A stretch of DNA of 32,000 bases from Archaeoglobus fulgidus DSM 4304. GTDB taxonomy: Archaea; Halobacteriota; Archaeoglobi; Archaeoglobales; Archaeoglobaceae. A program made the position numbers and the translations under genes. Positions 1 through 8,986 of this stretch are shown piece after piece (position 1 is the first letter of the stretch; each line of letters opens with the position of its first letter). The stretch lies in the NCBI RefSeq assembly GCF_000008665.1, contig NC_000917.1, forward strand, positions 240,001 to 272,000, given 5' to 3'. The notes below the pieces were generated by a model that worked only from the letters and a program-made list of their open reading frames with translations, had not been told where the DNA came from and searched no databases.

Positions 1-453
1 GTAAACTTCCGGAAGCTTCGTCTCCGGAGTTTCCCCGTCGGTCATGACCACATACTTCTCCACACCTATAGACGGGGCTATAGCTTCGGCAATTGGAAGC
101 AAGGATTCATCAACGAATATCACCTTCGCACCGCTGTGGTTTGCAACATAGGCAATCTCCCTCGGATGCAGCCTCAGGTTCATCTCCAGAAGGACTGCTC
201 CGATCCCGGGAATGGCAAAGAAGAGCTCAAAGAATCTGTGAGTGTTCCAGCTCAGAACTCCCACTCTATCTCCAACATCGACCCCAAGCTCTTCGAGGAC
301 GTTGGCCAGTCTTGAAACTCTCTCGTAAGCCTCGCCATAGCTGTATCTGAACAGGCTCCCATCCAGGTTTCTCGAAACAACCTCCCTCTCTGGAAAATTC
401 GTGGCCGCATGTCTCAGTATGTTTGTAATGTTCAGCTGGTATTCATCCATCAT
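1..453 (-). CDS. AMP-dependent synthetase / long-chain acyl-CoA ligase, N-terminal part (runs off the window's left edge)
   Basis: Minus-strand translation MMDEYQLNITNILRHAATNFPEREVVSRNLDG.LFRYSYGEAYERVSRLANVLEELGVDVGDRVGVLSWNSHRFFELFFAIPGIGAVLLEMNLRLHPREIAYVANHSGAKVIFVDE is typical of acyl-CoA ligase N-termini. GAGGT-like RBS upstream of the start. Confidence 0.85.
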   Translation of the reverse strand, partial: MMDEYQLNITNILRHAATNFPEREVVSRNLDGSLFRYSYGEAYERVSRLANVLEELGVDVGDRVGVLSWNTHRFFELFFAIPGIGAVLLEMNLRLHPREIAYVANHSGAKVIFVDESLLPIAEAIAPSIGVEKYVVMTDGETPETKLPEVY

Positions 454-566
454 TGTCGACGGAAAACCTCTTACAAAACGCATGATTGATATTTACTAAA
501 CAATTATTTAAGATTGTTGCTTCTGAGGGCAAAGCTTAAATTTCTATACCGACAAGGAGAGCAAGA

Positions 567-639
567 GCCGCCGTAGCTTAGCTGGTAGAGCGTCCGGCTG
601 TTAACCGGACGGTCGCAGGTTCGAATCCTGCCGGCGGCG
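567..639 (+). tRNA. tRNA-Asn (anticodon GTT)
   Basis: gccgccg...cggcggc 7-bp acceptor stem, D-arm tagcttagctggtagagc, anticodon stem-loop tccgg-ctGTTaa-ccgga, T-arm gcagg-ttcgaat-cctgc, discriminator G, no encoded CCA. Confidence 0.97.
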
Positions 640-672
640 TATTGTCGCCGGTTTTTGTGAACCTTTTCAATT

Positions 673-1929
673 TTATTTAGAAACCAAAACAGCAAGTAAA
701 GTAACCACAACTCTGGTAAGGCTGATAGCTGCTACAAACAAAAACATCCAGAATATCCACTGCAGGCTAATCGCGGAAAGCAGGCAGAAAATCATGATCA
801 GAAAAATCCTCTCATCCCTTTTTCCGGGAATGTAGTTCAGCACGCGAAACTTTCCGAATATGCTCTCTCCGAACTCCGCCTTGTACTTCTCGGAGGTGTA
901 GCTGACCATCACACTCCCGAAGATCGCAAACATAGCTACGGTTGCCGTTTTTGGATACAGGAGAGCGATTATTGCGAGAAAAAGGAAATCGACGAACCTG
1001 TCCAGAATTGAATCAACATACCCGCCTTTTTTGGACATTTTCAGTGAGGCTCTTGCTATCTCCCCATCACACCCGTCGAGAATTGAGGAGAACTGGTACA
1101 GCAGGCCTGCTAAGGGAATCGAAAAAAAGCTTGCTAAGGCGGAAAAAGCTCCGACAAGGAAAGAGATAAGAGTCATCTGGTTGGGGTTGACTTTATTAAC
1201 GATGGCTGCCGAAATTCTCGTCGAGATTTTCCTGTTGATTTTCCTTGAAATAAACCCGTCCCCGGAGCCCTTGACTGCAGCAGACACCAAGGCTCTATTA
1301 GCCCTCCTAACGTCCTCCTTTGTGTCCACATCCATCCATAGCTCCCCATCAACGTAAGTTACAGGCAGTCTGGCGAGTTTAACAATCTCGCTCAGCGGTA
1401 TCTCCTCCCTGTCTCTGAGCTTTTCAGCATGCTCGAAGATTGAATCATCCAGGACGAAAAATCCAGTGTCAACGCAGTCAAACTCCCTCAAATCTTTGCC
1501 GATCTTCGCCACTCTGCCGTCCTCCACTCTAATCTTCGTGGCCTCCCCAATGTCGACAAACCTCGGCTCTCTGTCCGCTATAACCCCTTCCCCCCTCACA
1601 GCCTTTTCGATGAACTGCTGGCTGTACACGTGGTCGCCCATGGTCAGAATGAACCTGTCCTCTACATGGTTTTTGGCAACAAGCAGGGAGTAGCCGTTTC
1701 CCTTCTCGGGCCTGTCATGCCTGACTATCTTGTAATTGAAACCCTTATCCTTCAAAAACGCGTCGATGTCATCAGCGTAGCGACTTGCCACGATTATGAA
1801 CTCCGAAACGTGGGGGGAGAGGAGCTTCATGGTTCTTAAAATTATTTCACAGCCACCAACTCTGACCAAAGGCTTTGGAACACCACCAAGCCTCGTGCCC
1901 AATCCAGCGGCAAGTATAACCGCCTTCAT
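673..1929 (-). CDS. Bifunctional CTP:inositol-1-phosphate cytidylyltransferase / di-myo-inositol-phosphate-phosphate synthase (IPCT/DIPPS)
   Basis: N-terminal nucleotidyltransferase [22 protein letters not shown]; C-terminal CDP-alcohol phosphotransferase motif [26 protein letters not shown] in a membrane segment. The listed ORF (to 2145) overlaps fen; MKAVILAAG at 1929 is the natural start. Confidence 0.93.
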   Translation of the reverse strand: MKAVILAAGLGTRLGGVPKPLVRVGGCEIILRTMKLLSPHVSEFIIVASRYADDIDAFLKDKGFNYKIVRHDRPEKGNGYSLLVAKNHVEDRFILTMGDHVYSQQFIEKAVRGEGVIADREPRFVDIGEATKIRVEDGRVAKIGKDLREFDCVDTGFFVLDDSIFEHAEKLRDREEIPLSEIVKLARLPVTYVDGELWMDVDTKEDVRRANRALVSAAVKGSGDGFISRKINRKISTRISAAIVNKVNPNQMTLISFLVGAFSALASFFSIPLAGLLYQFSSILDGCDGEIARASLKMSKKGGYVDSILDRFVDFLFLAIIALLYPKTATVAMFAIFGSVMVSYTSEKYKAEFGESIFGKFRVLNYIPGKRDERIFLIMIFCLLSAISLQWIFWMFLFVAAISLTRVVVTLLAVLVSK

Positions 1930-1981
1930 CAATTTTATTCTTCCTGCAAAGATTTTTAAGTATTCTCCGTCAACATTTATC

Positions 1982-2992
1982 ATGGGTGCGGATATTGGTG
2001 ACCTCTTTGAGAGGGAAGAGGTCGAGCTTGAGTACTTCTCAGGAAAGAAAATTGCCGTTGATGCTTTCAACACGCTATACCAGTTCATCTCGATAATAAG
2101 GCAGCCTGACGGTACGCCGTTAAAGGACTCACAGGGCAGAATCACCTCTCACCTTTCCGGAATCCTATACAGAGTCTCCAACATGGTCGAGGTGGGAATC
2201 AGGCCGGTGTTTGTATTCGACGGAGAGCCACCGGAGTTCAAGAAGGCTGAAATTGAGGAGAGGAAAAAGAGAAGGGCTGAGGCAGAGGAGATGTGGATTG
2301 CGGCTTTGCAGGCAGGAGATAAGGACGCGAAAAAGTATGCTCAGGCTGCAGGGAGGGTTGACGAGTACATTGTTGACTCCGCAAAGACGCTTTTAAGTTA
2401 CATGGGGATTCCCTTTGTCGATGCCCCGTCTGAAGGAGAGGCGCAGGCTGCTTACATGGCAGCAAAAGGCGATGTGGAGTACACAGGAAGCCAGGATTAC
2501 GATTCTCTGCTCTTCGGAAGCCCGAGACTCGCCAGAAATCTCGCAATAACGGGAAAAAGGAAGCTTCCCGGCAAAAATGTCTATGTGGATGTAAAGCCGG
2601 AGATAATAATTCTGGAAAGCAACCTCAAAAGGCTGGGTTTGACGAGGGAGCAGCTCATCGACATAGCGATTCTGGTCGGGACGGACTACAATGAGGGTGT
2701 GAAGGGTGTCGGCGTCAAGAAGGCTTTGAACTACATCAAGACCTACGGAGATATTTTCAGGGCACTCAAGGCTCTGAAAGTAAATATTGACCACGTAGAG
2801 GAGATAAGGAATTTCTTCCTGAATCCTCCTGTGACTGACGACTACAGAATAGAGTTCAGGGAGCCTGACTTTGAGAAGGCCATCGAGTTCCTGTGCGAGG
2901 AGCACGACTTCAGCAGGGAGAGGGTCGAGAAGGCCTTGGAGAAGCTCAAAGCTCTGAAGTCAACCCAGGCCACGCTTGAGAGGTGGTTCTGA
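1982..2992 (+). CDS. fen: Flap endonuclease 1 (FEN-1), 336 aa
   Basis: [54 protein letters not shown]-type [29 protein letters not shown], and C-terminal PCNA-binding PIP box QATLERWF. Confidence 0.97.
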
Positions 2993-3495
2993 TGCACGAA
3001 AAGGATGTCAGCTACGAGGTGGCGGTGATAACGGTTTCCACAAGCCGATATGAGAGACACGGGGAGGTGAGGGGCGTTGAGAAAATCCCGGAAGATGATG
3101 CTTCCGGGAAGCTGCTCGTGGAGAACTTCAACGCTTCCCAGTATTTCCTCGTTCCCGATGACGTAATGCGAATTCAGAAGGCTGTTCTGGAAGCCCTTGT
3201 GAGAGCCGACGTCTGCCTGATAACCGGAGGGACGGGATTGAATCCGAGAGACGTGACAATCGAGGCCGTAGAGCCGCTGTTTACCAAAAAAATTGAGGGT
3301 TTTGGGGAGCTTTTCAGGATGCTTAGCTACCAAGAAGTCGGCTACTCGGCAATTCTTTCGAGAGCAACAGCGGGTCTTGTAAATGACAAGGCAGTCTTCT
3401 GCCTGCCGGGCTCAAGCAAGGCCGTAAGGCTTGCAGCAGAGATAATTAAAGGCTCCTTGAAGCACATTCTGAGCCACGCTAAGGGGATGAGCTGA
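2992..3495 (+). CDS. moaB: MoaB/MogA-like molybdenum cofactor biosynthesis protein
   Basis: Starts at the ATG overlapping the fen stop (TGATG). Motifs AVITVSTSRY, LITGGTGLNPRDVTIEAVEPLF, KAVFCLPGSSKAVRLA. Confidence 0.85.
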   Translation: MHEKDVSYEVAVITVSTSRYERHGEVRGVEKIPEDDASGKLLVENFNASQYFLVPDDVMRIQKAVLEALVRADVCLITGGTGLNPRDVTIEAVEPLFTKKIEGFGELFRMLSYQEVGYSAILSRATAGLVNDKAVFCLPGSSKAVRLAAEIIKGSLKHILSHAKGMS

Positions 3496-3652
3496 AGAAT
3501 ATCCCCTTCTTCTTCATCAGCCTCCTTGAGCCGCAAAATGGGCAGTAAAGGTTCGGAATGTGAAGGGGGCCTGAGTAGCTTGTTGTCCTTCTGATGTTGA
3601 GGTCGAACTCCGAGCCGCATCTTGCACAGTAGATGTTTTCAAGTTTGGTCAT
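3479..3652 (-). CDS. Small zinc-ribbon protein, 57 aa (not in the supplied ORF track)
   Basis: Manual translation MTKLENIYCARCGSEFDLNIRRTTSYSGPLHIPNLYCPFCGSRRLMKKKGIFFSSSP*, with two CxxC pairs (CARC, CPFC). Sits in an otherwise empty gap and overlaps the moaB 3' end by 17 bp. Confidence 0.7.
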   Translation of the reverse strand: MTKLENIYCARCGSEFDLNIRRTTSYSGPLHIPNLYCPFCGSRRLMKKKGIFFSSSP

Positions 3653-3676
3653 AAGGCAACCTTCTCGTGAATGGAT

Positions 3677-4507
3677 TTATCTTTTTCTGACGACGATGTA
3701 AATTCCCAGCAGCACGAGGCCAGAGCCTGCAACGGTTCTGAGCGTGAGGGGCTCGGCAAGCAAAATGTTGCCTGCGAGCAGCGACACGACGGGAATGGCG
3801 AGAAGGAATACCGACGCTCTTGAAGCCTCCTCCTTTTCGAGGAAGTAGTACCACCCGAGGTAGCCGAAAAAGGTGGAGAATATCCCAAGGAATACTATAG
3901 AGCCGATGAGGTTGAGGTCTCCGCCCAGAGAGCGAATCGAGTCGGGAAGGAAGGGATAAAGCGGGATTGAGCCGAGAACCATCGCGTTGCTTGTCAGCGT
4001 TATAGGGTTGTACTTCGAAAGCAGACTCTTTCCGAATGTAGTGTAGATTGCCGCAGCGACAGTGCTTACCATTACGAGCGCTATTCCGTAAATGTTGGCG
4101 TAGGAAGGCTCTGATATCACCACAACACCGAGGAAGGCAATGATTATCCCAACAACCTTGCTGTACGTTATCCTCTCCCTTAGAAAAATCGCGGAAAGGA
4201 TAAGGACGAAAATTGGGGCGAGAGAAATCACGACGCTCGCAACTCCCGACGAAATGTAAACCTCACCGAGGTTCAGGAAGACGTGGTAAACGGACACGCC
4301 GAAAATGCCCAGAGCAAACACCTTCGGCAAGTCCTTCCATTTTATTCTCTTTCCTAAAATAATAATCACGGCAAAGAGTGTATTGGCGATGGCAAACCTT
4401 AATGAAGCAATCGCGATTGGGGACAGAAACCTTACGGAGTACTTTATGGCCGTAAAGGCTAATCCCCAGAATGTTACGGTTAAAGCAAGAACGATCCACT
4501 TCTTCAT
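3677..4507 (-). CDS. EamA/DMT-family transporter
   Basis: 276 aa, about 10 TM segments, MKKWIVLALTVTFWGLAFTAIKYSVRFLSPIAIASLRF..., internal repeat typical of the drug/metabolite transporter superfamily. Confidence 0.88.
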   Translation of the reverse strand: MKKWIVLALTVTFWGLAFTAIKYSVRFLSPIAIASLRFAIANTLFAVIIILGKRIKWKDLPKVFALGIFGVSVYHVFLNLGEVYISSGVASVVISLAPIFVLILSAIFLRERITYSKVVGIIIAFLGVVVISEPSYANIYGIALVMVSTVAAAIYTTFGKSLLSKYNPITLTSNAMVLGSIPLYPFLPDSIRSLGGDLNLIGSIVFLGIFSTFFGYLGWYYFLEKEEASRASVFLLAIPVVSLLAGNILLAEPLTLRTVAGSGLVLLGIYIVVRKR

Positions 4508-4538
4508 GCCGTCAAAAAAGGAAGGGGGTTAAAAAAGA

Positions 4539-6332
4539 TTAGGTAACCGCAGCAGCATCTACAGCCACGCAGGCCTTGTCGTATATCATGCCGAACTTCC
4601 ATTTGGCCTCTGAAATCAGAACCAGGTCTGCTTTCCTGTTGTTTACAAATTCGCTGCCAAGCGAAAGACGCAGGGTGGTGAAGCCGGATGGATAGATTCT
4701 GTCGTAAACCTTCTGCCAGTCGTTGGTGTTGTAGTTCCAAGCGTAGATTTCAAGACCATCGTTCTGGTCGGCAACGGTTAGCATGATGTTCGCAGAACTC
4801 TGCACATTGAATCTGAGGTGGATGGTAGCATAGTTCGGATTCCCAGCGTATGCCTTAACGCACTGCTCAACGTAGTTGCCGTCCGCTTCAGAAAGCTTCT
4901 GGAGATCAGCGGAATCGAGCATCTTTTCCTTGTCGATTATGGGCGCCCCGTAGTTGATCGGCTTCCAGGAGGGACCAGCAACATCTCCTTCGGTGTCCTT
5001 CCACGCCTTATCGAGGCCAGCTGGCTGGTATTCTGTTGTAAGCTCCCAGTGAGCCCATGGGTCTGTGTACATTCCGTAAAGGCTCCACAACTCTAGGTTG
5101 GACAAGTCGAACAGAGTTCTTGTTGCAGCAACTGGCACGTTTTCGTCCTCTCCGTAGTAACCGTAGTTCGGTGGGTGGAGGTAGTCAATTAGCTCCTTCC
5201 CCTTTTCGACGTCTATGCTGCCGTAACTGTCCAGAATTAGTCCTGTTAAAGTCTCGTACCTCCAGAGCGAGTCCTTAACGGCGTAGCTTATGGTCGAGTA
5301 CATCTCCGGAACTATGTAGTGGTTTGCCACGACAACCAAATCGTCCTTGTCCTCAATCTGCTTTGGAAAATCGAGTGACTCGGCCCATTCGGGGTAGCGG
5401 TAGTCCATGTATCTCACTGCAAACTTGTCTGCAGAAACTTCAAGCACCGCTCCACCCTTCTCTCTACCCTTTCCATCTCCGACAATGTAAAGCCACGGTA
5501 CGCCCCTCTTTGAACCCTTAACCATGTTCACAGCATCGCTTAGCTCATCGGCATACTGCACAACCTGTCTCGCGGTGAGCAAGCACCCCATTCCGGAAAC
5601 GAATGGCTTTGTGTCCATTGCAGGAACCATGTCCATGCCTATGGCTATCCCCGCGGAGCTCATTGCCGCAGTCACACCAACGAAGCCAGGTGCGGATACG
5701 CTCACGAATCTGTGACCTCTATCGGGGTACTGCTCTATCAGCAGTGCAACCTCGTGGAAGACCTCGGGGTTGAACATGAAGCTCCTGCCCATCAGCACTC
5801 TGCCGTCGGAGGTGGCATCATCCATCGCCACGAACCCATCGCAGGCAACGCCTTTCTTATCCTGCCATGCAACGATGGGAGTGGCTATCGGATAGGCGAT
5901 GCTCAGTATGACGTCGAAACCCATGTTTAGCAACAGAACATCATCGTAATCCACATCGTAGCCAGCGTCTCTCGCTCCGTCTGCAATCCCTCTCATCTCC
6001 TCTCTGAACTCTGAAGGGACATACTTCTCATTCCCCTTTGCAACCTCCTTACCCAGCTTCAAGAGACCCGGAATCAAATCTTCCGGAATGTCGTAACCGG
6101 CAAGCACAGATTTAACGAACTCCTTGGTCATACTCTGAACCTCAGCCCCTTTAAGGCAGCCGTGCTGGTATCCCATCTCGTAGGGTGAGCCCTCGAGGTG
6201 CATCAGGTATTTGCCGTTTCCAAGGTCTGCGATGTAGCCTCTGGGGTCCTTTTCGCATGTTTTCACAATCTTAAACCCACCGGCAGTCCCCACTGCCAGG
6301 CACAGAAGCAGAGCTAACAGCAAGTACTTCAT
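4539..6332 (-). CDS. Secreted C45/acyl-CoA:6-APA acyltransferase-like Ntn hydrolase with C-terminal extension
   Basis: Signal peptide MKYLLLALLLCLAVGTAGG; EGSPYEMGYQHGCLKG; candidate catalytic Cys in GVACDGFVAMDDATSDGRVLMGRSFMF; C-terminal beta-rich domain. Confidence 0.7.
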   Translation of the reverse strand: MKYLLLALLLCLAVGTAGGFKIVKTCEKDPRGYIADLGNGKYLMHLEGSPYEMGYQHGCLKGAEVQSMTKEFVKSVLAGYDIPEDLIPGLLKLGKEVAKGNEKYVPSEFREEMRGIADGARDAGYDVDYDDVLLLNMGFDVILSIAYPIATPIVAWQDKKGVACDGFVAMDDATSDGRVLMGRSFMFNPEVFHEVALLIEQYPDRGHRFVSVSAPGFVGVTAAMSSAGIAIGMDMVPAMDTKPFVSGMGCLLTARQVVQYADELSDAVNMVKGSKRGVPWLYIVGDGKGREKGGAVLEVSADKFAVRYMDYRYPEWAESLDFPKQIEDKDDLVVVANHYIVPEMYSTISYAVKDSLWRYETLTGLILDSYGSIDVEKGKELIDYLHPPNYGYYGEDENVPVAATRTLFDLSNLELWSLYGMYTDPWAHWELTTEYQPAGLDKAWKDTEGDVAGPSWKPINYGAPIIDKEKMLDSADLQKLSEADGNYVEQCVKAYAGNPNYATIHLRFNVQSSANIMLTVADQNDGLEIYAWNYNTNDWQKVYDRIYPSGFTTLRLSLGSEFVNNRKADLVLISEAKWKFGMIYDKACVAVDAAAVT

Positions 6333-6397
6333 GAAAATTTAGAGCTATTAAAAAATATAAATTTTTTTGGTGATATACTTATAACAATAATGAGCAA

Positions 6398-6745
6398 CTA
6401 AAAGATCAATACCTCATATTCCTCTTCGATGTATCTTGCGATGCTGACGTGCCCGCTCAAGTCGGAGCAGACGTTTAAACCTTCCTTTTCCGCATCTTTC
6501 AGCGAACCCATTTTGGCTGAGCATGCCTTGCAGATGCAGTCTATCCAGCCCCTCTCCTTTGCCTACTTGTAGTGTTTTGAAACAATGCTGCCTTCGGCAT
6601 ATTTTAAAGGAATCACAGTCGCTTTGCCCTCTATTATCAGCTTTGCCTCGTAGCCTCTCTCGTTGAGTTCCCTTAGGTAAAGAAAGGCGTGGAGCATGCA
6701 CATTTCATCGTCATTAAAAAGAAAAATAGCGAGCTTCTTTGCCAT
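6398..6745 (-). pseudogene. DsrE-like small protein gene interrupted by an in-frame TAG (6563-6565)
   Basis: Same-frame read-through: MAKKLAIFLFNDDEMCMLHAFLYLRELNERGYEAKLIIEGKATVIPLKYAEGSIVSKHYK[TAG]AKERGWIDCICKACSAKMGSLKDAEKEGLNVCSDLSGHVSIARYIEEEYEVLIF*. The second half is contiguous and in frame, and carries the CKAC motif. Confidence 0.75.
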
Positions 6746-6754
6746 CAACACACC

Positions 6755-7401
6755 TCAAATCTTCTTGTAGCAGAACCACCAGTCGTAGCAGCTGATATCT
6801 CCAGCCTTAGCCTTTTCAAGCCTCTCTTTTGCCTCAGCTTCGCTGATTGGTGGGGGAATAATCACAGCATCACCAACAAGCTCATTGTTGGGCCAGTTGG
6901 CAGGCATCGCAACACCGTTCTGGTCGCTGACCTGCAAAGCCTTCACAGCCCTAAGGATTTCGTCCATGTTTCTTCCCAGCTCCTGCGGGTAGTAGATTAC
7001 TGCCCTGATAACCGCCTCTGGATCAACGATGAAAACCGCCCTTACTGTGTTCGTTCCCTTGGCTGGATGAATCAAACCGAGCATCTCAGCGACTCTGCCC
7101 GTATCGTCGGCAATCACGGGGAACTCGATTTCGATGTCGAGCTTTTCCTTAATCCACTCTATCCATTTAATGTGCGAGAACACCTGGTCGATGCTAAGGC
7201 CAATCAGCTCGCAGTTAAGCTTCCTGAACTCGTCGTATCTATTCTGAAAAGCCACAAACTCGGTTGTGCAGACTGGAGTGAAGTCTGCAGGGTGGCTGAA
7301 CAGAACGAACCACTTCCCTTTAAAGGCTTCCGGCAGCTTCATCCTGCCGTGTGTTGTAACGACTTCAATTTCCGGGAATTATCCCCCAAAAGCGGCGCCA
7401 A
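6755..7401 (-). CDS. Peroxiredoxin (Prx6-type); N-terminal about 20 codons out of frame through an apparent 1-nt deletion near 7378
   Basis: ORF 6755..7342 gives [21 protein letters not shown] and [15 protein letters not shown]. Upstream of that Met the frame reads [12 protein letters not shown] and then a stop; the adjacent frame reads (TTG)APLLGDN after a strong gaggaggtg RBS. Confidence 0.9.
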
Positions 7402-7500
7402 ATCAATCACCTCCTCGTTAAAGAGATATTCTAAATTCTAATCAGACAATATAACCTTTTATTACGGAATTCGAACTTGAGATAACAAAAATGGAAAAAC

Positions 7501-8340
7501 TTAAAGTTTATTCTCCAGGATCCTCGCTATAACCTCGTCCCTCGGAGTTGCTGCTATCCTCGCCACCTTTTTCGGGTCGTGGCCCTGGCAGATTGCGAGA
7601 AGCTGGTTGTAGTCGAAAACCGGAATGCTGTAGTCAATCATCCCCAGCTTCCTCATCTCCTCCTGAGCCTCGTCCATCCACATCAGGCAGGTTATGCAGG
7701 AAACGACGATGCAGTCGGGATCGACTTCTTCCTTCATAGAATCGAGCTTCAGCTTGAGAAACTCCATCGCTGCTCTTCTGTTGTGCCTCGCGTAACCACC
7801 CGCCCCACCGCAGCACTGCTTGTCCCTCGTGAACGTCGGAACCTCGGCCCCAAGCGCCCTCGTCAGCTCCTTTAGAACCTGAGGATTCTCTGGATCGTCG
7901 AAGCCGAGGATGTTGCTCGGCCTGATGGTGTGGCAAGGAACCTGCACAACAGCCTTCGCCTCTCTCTCGAAAACTTCTGCGATTAGGTACATATCGAGCC
8001 TTGCGGAGCAGAGAAGGGATATTAATGTTGCATCGTAGTCTTTACCCTTTTCAACGTTTCTCCTGCAAGCGAAAACCACGACGTCCTTCACGTCAACATC
8101 AAGCAACCCCTCGTCTGTGAAGTTCTTGGCCTTCATCGAGATGGCTTTGGTTATGCATGAAGCTGCGCAAAGTCCACAAACCTTGCGCTTTCCGACCATC
8201 ACTGGCACCCCATCCTTCAGTTGCAGAGCATCGTGAGGACAGAGAGAAACGCAGATTCCACAGCTGATGCATTTGTTATAATCAACCAATATGGTCTTTG
8301 GAGACTCCTCTGGCATGCAAGGGAGTTTGAAATTAACCAA
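7501..8340 (-). CDS. Iron-sulfur protein: ferredoxin domain, MvhD-like segment and one CCG domain (HdrB-like)
   Basis: CISCGICVSLCP and CGLCAASC clusters, VVFACRRNVEKGKDYDATLISLLCSARLD, then VPCHTIRP...KQCCGGAGGY...SCITCLMW. Confidence 0.75.
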   Translation of the reverse strand: MVNFKLPCMPEESPKTILVDYNKCISCGICVSLCPHDALQLKDGVPVMVGKRKVCGLCAASCITKAISMKAKNFTDEGLLDVDVKDVVVFACRRNVEKGKDYDATLISLLCSARLDMYLIAEVFEREAKAVVQVPCHTIRPSNILGFDDPENPQVLKELTRALGAEVPTFTRDKQCCGGAGGYARHNRRAAMEFLKLKLDSMKEEVDPDCIVVSCITCLMWMDEAQEEMRKLGMIDYSIPVFDYNQLLAICQGHDPKKVARIAATPRDEVIARILENKL

Positions 8341-8417
8341 ACTGTGTGGAAATATTTTGAAATCTTAAATAATAAACTGCAAAGAAACTAGTTGGTATTT
8401 AAAAAATTTTTTAATGG

Positions 8418-8849
8418 TTATTTGATACTTTGACCTAGATTTTTGGCAAATGCAAGCAGGAAGCCCAAGGCGTTTTGCACGTCCGGGTCTCTGAGAGACT
8501 TCAGAGCCCCTGTCACTCCAACCGGCTCGAAGTTCTTAGCCTTCTTAAATGCTTCAACAAGCTTCTCAACCCTTTTTATCATCCCCTCATCCACTGAAAG
8601 GGCAACGGTTAGCAGCATTTCGAGGTTCTTCGTCACCACTTCCTGCACATCTTCATCGAGAAACTCTTCGGGAAGTTTTCTAATGGCTAAAACAGCCCCG
8701 GACATCTCCACAAGCTCGTCAAGAACACCGCTGTTTTCGAGGTAAATCAGCTTGTCCATTGCGCTTATTATAGCATCTCCATCCTCGGCAAGTTTCTCCA
8801 TCAACCTCATCAAAACGTCAGCAGCCTTACTCTCATAATCGGCAATCAT
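8418..8849 (-). CDS. DUF1641 family protein
   Basis: 143 aa ending PVGVTGALKSLRDPDVQNALGFLLAFAKNLG, matching the DUF1641 C-terminal pattern as I recall it. Confidence 0.7.
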   Translation of the reverse strand: MIADYESKAADVLMRLMEKLAEDGDAIISAMDKLIYLENSGVLDELVEMSGAVLAIRKLPEEFLDEDVQEVVTKNLEMLLTVALSVDEGMIKRVEKLVEAFKKAKNFEPVGVTGALKSLRDPDVQNALGFLLAFAKNLGQSIK

Positions 8850-8986
8850 AATCGCTCAGCTTCCACTATAAATTTAAATTTTTGCTTTTGGTTATTAATA
8901 ACAAATAATTTAGATAAAAAACTTAGGAAAGTTTAAATAAGCATTCTAATTCACGATTTTAAAATACTTGTTGCAGAGGTGAAAGG

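Noticed and set aside
1930-2145. Upstream extension of the IPCT/DIPPS ORF to 2145
   Set aside because: It would overlap fen by more than 160 bp and has no cytidylyltransferase homology; MKAVILAAG at 1929 is the expected N-terminus.
2393-2905. 170-aa antisense ORF in fen
   Set aside because: The opposite strand encodes full-length FEN-1; no independent evidence for this frame.
6563-6565. TAG as a pyrrolysine codon
   Set aside because: No downstream stem-loop was identifiable by eye, the family is not a methylamine methyltransferase, and no pyl genes are in the window; kept only as a check item in the amber finding.
7548-7936. Overlapping plus and minus ORFs across the CCG fusion gene
   Set aside because: They contradict the clear Fe-S protein frame and have composition typical of out-of-frame reading.
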